From the NCBI GenBank assembly GCA_002189035.1, contig NEEC01000004.1:3534001-3598000 (forward strand): a DNA stretch of 64,000 bases, written 5' to 3'. How positions within the stretch are numbered: position 1 is the stretch's first letter; each line of letters begins with the position of its first letter. The stretch is from Utricularia gibba (taxonomy: Eukaryota > Plantae > Magnoliophyta). Below the pieces are notes generated by a model. That model searched no databases, had not been told where the DNA came from, and saw nothing but the letters and a program-made list of their open reading frames with translations. Shown piece by piece: positions 11,184 through 20,509 of this stretch. Position numbers and translations under genes: made by a program.

Positions 11184-13745
11184 TTAGGAGTGGCTGAGTT
11201 TGGTGGTAGCAGGGTTTCGTCCAAATTGGATCACTATAGGCTTCCCCTTGAACACATATCCGTTTACCGCATTCTGCACTCATTTCGACAACATGCATAA
11301 GATCATTGGATGATAGAAGAGCACCAGGTTAAGAATAGGACGCTTACCAGAGCATTTCGTGCAAGTTCAATTGTTGGGAAAGTGATAAAGGCTTGGCCTC
11401 TCATTCTCCCTTCCTGGAAATGAATTCATACAACTGAGTACGGGGTATTACATGGGGATGATGGAAGGAGGAATTGGCCTCTGCAGCTATTCATGCTGGC
11501 AAGGCTCACCTGCATCAATTTGACCCCAAGGTTGGACTTGGCAGCATCAATGCTCCCGAATAATGATCCTGTATCAAGGGAGGAAGATCCAACAATTACA
11601 ATGATTCGTGAACTCATCACCCCAGTGCAGCCATGGAGAACACAATTCACGGATATGGGCACAATGATGATCACTTGAGAAACAATGATGGTGTGCCGTA
11701 CCGAATATGAAGTAGAAGTCATCAATAGCCACATCTTTTGCCAAATTCTTAATGTACAGTACAGGACTCGGGTCACCTGCTGTGTAGTTCTATGGGGAAG
11801 TGAAGATTCAAAAATAATAGCAGACAAGAGAGGAGGTACTGTTTCCTATCACTGCATGCATGGTTTATCTTCCGTACCTTGAACCTAGGAAGTGACAAGA
11901 TTTCCTCAGGAGGCAGTTTTCCAGAATTCAATTCCTCAAGAGTTGCGAATGGTTTTTGATCAGGAGTTTCAGTACTTGGATTTTGGCTTTCCTTCTCAGA
12001 AACGTCATCCTTCCGTGTAGATTGACTCTGCTTTGATGCTATTTTTATCTGAAAGTACGAAAATATCAAATGATCACTAAAAAGCCACCTTTTTACTTGC
12101 AATGGTGGAATGCCAGAGCTAATGCCTGTAGGACAGGGTTCTTCTTCTTGATAATCGGCTTCTCTTTTGAGACAAGAGGAACTGATTTCAGCCCAACAGC
12201 CTCATGATCCACATCTTTGTCCAAAGCAGGACCAACAATCACTTGTCGCTTAATTCGTTTTTTCTCAGGCCCACGAATATCCTAAATTGTACACAATGAG
12301 CCATACATAAAGCAAAGCCTGAAAACAAGCTGAAGAAAGGGAAAAAATACATAATCTCCTTCCCATAAAAGGAATAAACTCATGGAAACTACCATTTCTA
12401 GTTTAAAAGTAGTAGCTCGATTCTAACCAGTAAGAATAAATACAATGATCACCTCATCAGAGGATTCCATTTCTGATTCACCACTAGATAAACCTCCAGG
12501 TTTGGTGGTGAATGATTGGAGAGGAGGTGGAGCAGAACCGGGAACCATGGGAAGTGCCGGTGTAGGAAGCGCTTTGCCAAATGGAGCAGGAATACTCATC
12601 TTGTTCATCAAGTGTAAAACCTACTTCATCAATGCAAGGAAAGAGATACTCAGCAGGAATGTCAGAAAATATGAACAAGTTACAAGATGAAATTTCAAAG
12701 ACGAGGGCATCATATGACAGAAGAAGCCTAGATATGTACAGCATGAAACATATAACATCATTATCTAGCATATAATTTTCATGAGAATGACTGCTTCATT
12801 TGCATAGTTGGTTACTAAGGACTCTGCCTACCGACACTATGATTTTGTAATGAAAAACGAGAAAAAGAATAACAAGACGGGCCAGATAGCTACCTGACCT
12901 GTGTATAGAAGCGAGGAACAGCAATAAGGGCGTTTACAATATTGGTGAGAATGTGACCATCAGGTGGTGGGTAAGCATACTCAAGGTGTGGTGGAAACGG
13001 GTACTCCACACCAAGCTTTTTGGCTATGGGCTCACTAGCATGAAAAGAGAACCCCCGGAACCATCAGGAGCGCCCTTTTCGACTACAGATTCTTTCACAG
13101 TAGGATTGGGCTCCTTCCTAATTTGTTTTCCACTCTCTTGATGGCTACCCTCTAATTTGATGGCCCTCTCGACAGACAAGACCTTACCAAGAAACCGCAG
13201 CCTGTCATCAAGTCATGGCACTCAGAAAATTGGAGCTGCTAATGGATATATTTTTAACCATAAAAGATGCAGGAATTCATAAAGAATACCCATTCAGCTG
13301 CATTTGAGCTCGGGATGCCAAGGCTTCATTGTTAAAATCGATGAAAGCACAATTTTTTACCCTAACCAAAAGCAAATATCATCACCATCAGTAACAAATG
13401 GAGATTGCATTGATAGCGTTAAAAAACAAGGCACGGAAAACATCAGGATGCATCGTGAATTCTAGTAGTTGTAATACAATTTTCCAATTCTTGTGCTGAA
13501 CCAAACAAAACCCATAAGAAACCATATAGTGATCAAGCAAAGCAACATGAAATCCGGCAATGGACACCAGAGCCAGAAAAAATGGAATGAAGGTTGAACC
13601 TTCCGTGAGAGAAGTGGCGAACAGAAGAAGCGCCATAGTGAGAGAAGAGCCTGTTAAGCACATCACTTGGAACCGCCTCAGGGAGATGGCGGACCAACAA
13701 GGTGACCCCTGATTCTCCATTCTGACGCGGCAAGGCCTCCGCCAT
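11184..13745 (-). CDS. U11/U12-65K: U11/U12 snRNP 65-kDa protein (RNPC3 ortholog, two RRMs), 10 exons
   Basis: RRM1 'VTLLVRHLPEAVPSDVLNRLFSHYGASSVR...NCAFIDF...QLNGLRFLGK', central 'FPYPPPDGHILTNIVNALIAVPRFYTQVLHLMNKM', RRM2 'VLYIKNLAKDV...EGRMRGQAFITFP...NGYVFKGKPIVIQFGR'. Stop TAA at 11184-11186. Confidence 0.93.
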
Positions 13746-14090
13746 CTAGCGGTTAAGCGTCGGAATTTCGGAAAAGAGACGACGACGGAGAATGGGCCAA
13801 CGCCCTCATCTTTAGTAAGGTGGGAAAACCACAACAGTCTACAGCTAAATTTTGTTGCCCAACATTGAGGCCCAGGTTTTTTAGGAAAACCTAGTGCCAA
13901 GACCACCGGCCGTGTTTTAGTAAGGTGGGTCTGGCCGTTGCCACCACCATGTCTTACGGTTAACGGGCAATGTTTCGTGCCAGGCTTACAGGCTGGGTGG
14001 GCGGACCTGTGCCCAGTTGTAGTTCTCCGTCCCTCTCCCGATGATTCTTTTTGAACCGTGTGGCTAATTTACATAATCAGCGTGCGGCAG

Positions 14091-15677
14091 ATGATATGGA
14101 AATGGGGCGTCAAGCTCCTGGCAAAGACTGCTTTCCCAGGTCGTAAGCGGCGGCCGTTGACTGCTGGTCGACATATTAGCAATCCGGCAAGTTTCTTCTC
14201 GCCTCAGGCCACTGTCTTGTCTCATCAGCTTGTACTGACCACTTTGCGCTTTTGCCCGTCTGATTTAGTTGCCCTTTCCTATTTCTTTTGGTGTGCACGG
14301 CAACCCCATTTCTTCCACGACAAACCCACCTACCATCACATGGTAAGCGTTGTTTCAGAACTAACTCGTAAATGTGGAACCATGAAAGGGATCATTTTGG
14401 AGTTGGAAACTGTTGGTTGTGTCACAAAGGCGCAAACCTTTTTGCTTTTGATGAGAATTTACTGGTGTGGGGGTATGTATGATATGGTGTTTCTGGCATT
14501 TGATGAGATGATTAATTATGGTTATGTGCCAAATACTTACGCAAGAAACATTTTGTTGGATGTATTATTTAGGGTTAAGCGAGTGGACATGGCTCTCAAA
14601 TTTTTAGCTGAAACCCCAAATCCCAATTTTTTGAGTTTCAACATTGCTATTTGCAATCTATGCAAACTCAACAATCTCAGAAATATTAAACAAGTGGTTA
14701 GGCGAATGATGAGGGAAGGTTATTATACGACCCCTTACACCTATATAATGATCATGAACAGTTTCCGAAAGTTTTCTAGGTTGAAAGAAGCATTTCAGGT
14801 GGTGGGAATGATGATCACTTTGGGTTTGCCTGTTTCTTTGCATGTTTGGGCCACTCTAATAGATTGCCTCTGTAGGTCTGGCCAGGTGGAATATGCAGCT
14901 TTGCTACTGGGAAAAATGGATGAGGTTGGATTTTCACCTAATATTGTAGCATATACATCAGTGATAAAAAGTTTTTTGGAATGTGGGAATCTTGGAAAAG
15001 CTGTTGGAATTCTTGGAATTCTGGAGTCAAAAGGTTGTATTCCTGATTTGGTTTTGCATAATGTGTTGATTGACCGTCTCTCTAAGATGGGATGCTACAG
15101 CCATGCCTTAGAAGTTTTCTTTGGTTTGAGGAAACATGGGCTGATGCCTGATGTGTATACTTACTCTTCTATCATATCCACTGTTTGTTTATCTAGAGAA
15201 TATGTTCTTCTGCCTTTGATTACGAGTGGATTTGCAATACAACCAGACTTGGTCGTTTGCAACTGCCTTCTTAGTTATTTCTGTAAAGCTGGTATTCCAA
15301 AGGGTGCGGTTGACTTCTTTAATGACATGATACAGAGGGGTTTTGTACCAGATAAATATAGTTTTGCAGCAGTGTTGAGTGCAATTTTCCAATTGGGTAA
15401 GATTAAAGAGGCAGTTGCTTTGTACAATGGTATCATTCTAACCAATGCAAACGTTGATGCTCGAGTGCATAGCATAATGATTAAGGGTCTACTGAAATCC
15501 GGTTGCTTCAATTCTGCCATGAAACTCTACAGACAAGCTGTGGCTAACAATTTTCATGTAGATGTTATTTCATACAATGTTATTGTTGAAGGACTGATGA
15601 GGAATGGTCAGGTAAAAGAGGGATATGACTTAAGTTGTCATATGAGAAAGATGAATATGGCACTGAATCAGCGTTAG
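14091..15677 (+). CDS. P-class pentatricopeptide repeat protein (At1g16830-like), intronless, 3'-truncated
   Basis: ORF with 'CPSDLVALSYFFWCARQPHFFHD' and multiple 35-aa PPR motifs (e.g. PNIVAYTSVIKSFLECG, PDLVLHNVLIDRLSKMG, PDKYSFAAVLSAIFQLG). It ends abruptly at MALNQR*, where the last Arg and the stop come from foreign sequence. Confidence 0.9.
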   Translation: MIWKWGVKLLAKTAFPGRKRRPLTAGRHISNPASFFSPQATVLSHQLVLTTLRFCPSDLVALSYFFWCARQPHFFHDKPTYHHMVSVVSELTRKCGTMKGIILELETVGCVTKAQTFLLLMRIYWCGGMYDMVFLAFDEMINYGYVPNTYARNILLDVLFRVKRVDMALKFLAETPNPNFLSFNIAICNLCKLNNLRNIKQVVRRMMREGYYTTPYTYIMIMNSFRKFSRLKEAFQVVGMMITLGLPVSLHVWATLIDCLCRSGQVEYAALLLGKMDEVGFSPNIVAYTSVIKSFLECGNLGKAVGILGILESKGCIPDLVLHNVLIDRLSKMGCYSHALEVFFGLRKHGLMPDVYTYSSIISTVCLSREYVLLPLITSGFAIQPDLVVCNCLLSYFCKAGIPKGAVDFFNDMIQRGFVPDKYSFAAVLSAIFQLGKIKEAVALYNGIILTNANVDARVHSIMIKGLLKSGCFNSAMKLYRQAVANNFHVDVISYNVIVEGLMRNGQVKEGYDLSCHMRKMNMALNQR

Positions 15678-15737
15678 CATCATTGTGGTGATTTCTGCTT
15701 ATTTTATATTTCCTTTTCCAGTAGTCACTTTGAGTTG
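15671..15737 (+). repeat. 67-bp copy of MED8 intronic sequence (21196-21262)
   Basis: gcgttagcatca.t.tggtg.tttctgcttattttatatttccttttccagtagtcactttgagttg occurs at both sites; 64/67 identical. Confidence 0.93.
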
Positions 15738-15746
15738 ATGCCCTGG

Positions 15747-16878
15747 GAAGTGGAAGTCTTTGGCGTATTCCGATTCGCTATGGGAATCGATTTGCACAAG
15801 GGAATGGGGCAGATCGCAAGTTGATGCCCTGGAAAGCTCTAATCATCGTAATTCCACTGTTCCATGGATGAAGCTGTATCAGCAAGTGCAGTACTTGGAC
15901 TCGGCCTTGTGCCGGAGACTCATCCCTTCGGAAGAAATTATTCCCAAACCCAGAGCTTCCCATTCGCTCAATTTGGTCTCTGGGTGTTTGGTTTTGTTCG
16001 GGGGAGGATGCGAGGGAGGTCAGTTTTTTGCTCTAACCCTTCTTCTTCTTCTTCTTCATCTTCTTATTGATCATTGGATTTCAACTTGTGGATGATGATT
16101 TGTGCTGTATCAGGGAGGCATCTTGATGATACATGGGTCGCCTACATCGGGGATGAGTGGAGGAGGAGGATACCATTGCAATGGCGAAGAGCTGCTTCTG
16201 GGATTCCCAGTGGGAGATTTGGCCATTCAAGTGTAGTGACTGGGAGTTGTGTTGTGGTCTTTGGGGGATCAATGATCATGGGATTCGCCAGAACGATACT
16301 TGGATTGGGCAACAGATATTGGATCAAGCATCTCTTGGCTTCACATTCTCCTGAAGGCTCCTTGAAGTTGGTTCCACTGCACCACAGCCAAGGGGGGCGC
16401 ATGCTGGATGCTCCATTGACAACCATACGATGCTGATTCATGGAGGAATCGGACACTCTGGTCTTAGACTGGATGATACATGGGTTCTGCGTCTGTCTGA
16501 GGATCTCCGTTCAGGGACGTGGACAGAACTTGTGACTTGTCGTCCATGCCCCTCATCACGATCAGGGCGCACGCTGACGCACGTTGGGCAGCGCAGTGTA
16601 TTCTGTTTGGTGGGAGAGGCCCGAGGTATCAAGTCCTAGATGATGTCTGGCTGCTTGATCCAGCACAGGGTAGCTGGAAATGGGCTAAGCTGTTATTCGA
16701 AACGGGCGATATTCCCCACGGCTTCTCCCTTCCCAGAGTCGGGCACTCCGCAAATCTGGTAATCGGGCGTAGGCTGTTGATCTATGGGGGTGAAGATTCG
16801 TGTAGGCGCCGGAAGGATGATGCTTGGATTCTTGATGTTAGCTCGGTGCAGGCACAGGATGGAGACATAGGCAGGATG
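15747..16878 (+). pseudogene. Inverted partial duplicate of the F-box/kelch gene (35678-36811), intron retained
   Basis: Colinear reverse complement with only a handful of substitutions. Intron 16019-16113 is retained. Two 1-bp deletions in G-runs (~16263 and ~16587). Lacks the start codon, most of the F-box and the native C-terminus. Confidence 0.95.
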
Positions 16879-18659
16879 AAGATCATATTGAAAATGTTCG
16901 ATATTAATAGCAAATCCATCATTTCCGATTCTTTCGGGAGCTAAATCTGTGATATCTTCACCATCAATTTTATCCACTAAAACATACTCTTCCGAAACAC
17001 AATAACGTATATGAATCTTCTCCTTAATATTCATCTAAAAAATAAATAGAAATTAATATATAAAACATTAGTAAAGAAATTATAAACTTGTAAAAAAATT
17101 AAATGAAATTTTTAAAAAATAAATTAAACTTTTTACAATGTTAATCAAAAAAATAATACATAACTATAAAAAAGTATTACATATCAACTAAATTGTAAAA
17201 ACATTTTATTTTCAAAAAATGTGAATAAACTAAATTTATAAATAAATAAATTCGGATTTCTAAAATTTAATATAATAAATGAATAAATAAAAATTAAAAA
17301 AATGAAATACTACATATTATCTTGTGAAAAAATAGAAAATGAGTTAACATCAATTGACAAACTAAAACTTATATCTATCAATTACAATGGTAAAAATTGT
17401 GGAAATGAAATTCCTTTTATAATAGAATTTTGGAAGATTTTGAATTCAAAATCCAAACAAATGGAGGAAAACATTAGAAAATTGAAAAGTAAGGTCTTAT
17501 TTATATTATTGGAAATTGTGATTATAATATTATTTTATTATAATATAAGCCATTATTTAAAAAAAGTATTTGTGACCATTTAGTTTTAACAAACATACAT
17601 AAAATTTTCTTTATGATAACTACTGTTTTTTAGAATTAAAATATAATTATTATAAAGAATAAAATTACAAAAAATTGAGACATTATTTTAAATAAAAAAA
17701 ATAGAATTCACTCTATGTTCTTCAAACATGTAATGAAATGTTTGGAAGTAATATGTAAAAATCAATTGAAAATTTTTTTAACAATGTCTAGAAGTTTCTA
17801 GGCATTGCAACCATATTAAAAAAATATGGTTGCAATCATATATAACCAAATTAAAAAAATATTTTCAGACAATGCATCATGTGCTAGTAGTGTTTAGAAA
17901 TTTTCAGGCACTGCAATCACATGATACAGTGCTTGGAAATAATATGTAACCAAATTAAAATTTTTTTTCAAATACTACAATCATGTCATCTAGTAATGTC
18001 TGGAATTTTCAAACAATAATAATAAATGAAGCAGTGTCTAGAATGATTTTTTTTTGTTTTATTTTTTGTATAGTTATCATAATTTATAATAAAATATATT
18101 TTTTATCTATAAAACAATGTTAAGGTTTATAGAAGTTATAAAAATTATTATTAAATTGTTTGGTTTATTTAAAAAAAATCTATACAAATAATGAAAAGAT
18201 TTAATGATGCATAAGATACTCTAGACTTTATTGTTTCAGTGAGTTGAAAGAATAGTTTTCAAACACTTCAGGTTAGCTTTTTGTTAAGTGCCATTTCTAG
18301 TTATTTATTAGGTATTATTAAGTGATAATCTAGTATTAAATCGCCCAAATTAGGAATCTTATTATTAAGTATTTGATTTTTATTACAAAATTCTTATTTT
18401 CCTATTTTGTATTTATTTTCTATCTTTTTTCTCATACTTTGACTGAGACATGTCAGGAGACTGTCGCGACTTGGAACAATTGTGGGCGGAAGACTGACAC
18501 TGGTTAAGGCCCCTGACTTACGGCATTTCAGAGTCTGCAACAATGATTGGGCATTAACTTGCATACAAAGGAAAGTTGCTGGCACATGCAAGACATAAAG
18601 AATGATGGGAAGGAGATCCAAAGGAGTTAGTGCACGTGGGGAATGATATAAAAGCCACT

Positions 18660-19450
18660 TGTAGCACTTAGTTTCGGACTTTTGAACCTTGTTTTCTAGA
18701 CTTAGAACTTTTGAGTTGTTCCTCCCCCCTTCAATGAGGAAGAACACTTAGCTTTCTTTTTGTTTCTATTTTTTATGGCCCTTTCGGGCTAAAACCCTTT
18801 AATTTCTGGGAGAAGATGAAATTTCCTTCCAAATCTTGAGCAATACACTCGATTTTTCGTCGAATTCAATTCGGATTTCGCATACTTCCACGCATCTTGT
18901 TGCAGTCTTTCTGCAACGATTCCTAGTCAAGGTCTATGAGTAGCAGACCACTCCTGGCGGATTTTGATGAAGATCAAGGTGAAGAGCACCAACTCCAACT
19001 CTACCGGTTCGAGGGAAGTAGCGGATTATTTGTGGCCTAGGTACCGCGACAGTGGATAGGTTGGCAACAGTTGGGCACACGCATGCAATTCGATTTTAAA
19101 AGCAATCAAAGGCAATACTCTTGTCTTCCTAATCGTCCAAGGGGGAATTACATGAGGCTATTTCCGTGCCTCCTTGTCAATCAGAGTGTAAGGGAGAGTA
19201 GACTATTCCTTGCTCCTATAACCAGCTATTCGGAAGAAATCAGTGAAAATCGAGGCAAGGATAAACAAAGGAAGGAGACGGAATCTTATTCCCAAAAACT
19301 ACGCCCCGTAGTCAAGACACATCACTTATGTTATAACTTTTATTTCTACTCTCAAAAACCCTTTTTTACAAAACTGTGACATTTTTTAGAATTTTGTTAC
19401 AAAACACTTTTCATGAAAAACAATTCTCTGAAATCGATACTGGTACTACA
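18660..19450. mobile_element. Candidate solo LTR (Ty3/gypsy-like)
   Basis: Starts TGTAGCAC and ends GTACTACA (7/8 inverted termini). GC-richer than the flanks. TSD is imperfect (cact/catt). Confidence 0.45.
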
Positions 19451-20509
19451 CATTTTGTGTTTTATGTTTTAAATATTTAAAATTTGTTGAGGAAACGACA
19501 CGCAACACTTCTTGTCTTGAAGATTTAATGAATACCTACATTGAGTCATCATTGGCGTGAAATTTCTAGTTATATATAGTGTTGTATTGTTATGGATCTG
19601 AGTTCTCAATCTAGTGATTGATTCTGTTAATGGGGAGGAAGTGCTTCAAAGTGAAGAGAAAGTTACAAAAGAGTACTTCTTGCAAGACCTTATGACTAAT
19701 TCTCATGAAGAATACAAAGCACACTCAATAGAAACAAATTCAAAGATTAAATATTATATCTATTTTCTCTATTATATGATCTTCCCTAACATAAGGTACT
19801 AGACACTCTCTTAGGTCTGTCATAGTTGTCATATGCTGATACATTATATTCTTAATAGGTGCATTTTTTGATTTTTAAGTCTGGTGCATTTTTCCTATGT
19901 CTTGGTCAATTTTATCAGCAAACTCATTTGAATTGTTAGGAATACTAACAAATCCAAGTGAGAATATTAGATATTAGTACTAGATATAATTAATATAATT
20001 GGATAAATCTAGTTTTATATATTTCACACATGTAGAATTAGAAAAAATAATTTAAAATTTATTAATACATTTATTAATTGTGAAGGTGGAGAAGTACTAC
20101 AAAAATTTATATTTTGTTTGATATGGTTTCTCCAGAAAATTAAAAGTTGAAATTTTTAAATTTTCAAAATATAAATTACCCATGATAAGAAAGCTTCATT
20201 CAATTTTTCTAAATTATTCCAAACACAGTCTTAATTTAGATTTCAATAAAGTTAGTGATAAAAAAGCTAGAAAAATGCATTGGATGAATATTAATAAATA
20301 TATGATATTATTAATGTATTTAAAGAATGATGGAGCCAATAGTAGCGATCGGGAGGTCCTTCGAAAAAGTTGGCGAAGAGAAGGGGGTTTAGAGAGACGA
20401 GCATCTGCGGGTGACTGGCTAACATGAGCAGTTTTCTCTAAAGATGTTGTTGCTAAGAGTGACGACACAAGATCATCCACATTCTAAAGATGCAACCAAC
20501 AAAAGATCT

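Noticed and set aside
10900-13745. USSE-type tandem GTATCCTT repeat in the 65K gene or its 3' region
   Set aside because: I found no tandem U12 donor-like pair on the sense strand; there is only an isolated GTATCTCTT in intron 3.
15611-15760. Spliced in-frame PPR-kelch fusion using donor CAG|GTAAAA (15610/15611) and the polypyrimidine/NAGNAG acceptor (ttttccagtag) supplied by the MED8-intron fragment
   Set aside because: Both acceptors give immediate stops in the PPR frame (TAG; TCA CTT TGA), and the kelch frame has TGA at 15736-15738. The ATG at 15738 is out of frame.
15747-16878. F-box copy as a retrocopy
   Set aside because: It retains the intron and has no poly(A) tail.
17302-17583. 93-aa ORF in AT-rich DNA
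   Set aside because: Low-complexity K/I/N composition typical of chance ORFs in very AT-rich sequence.
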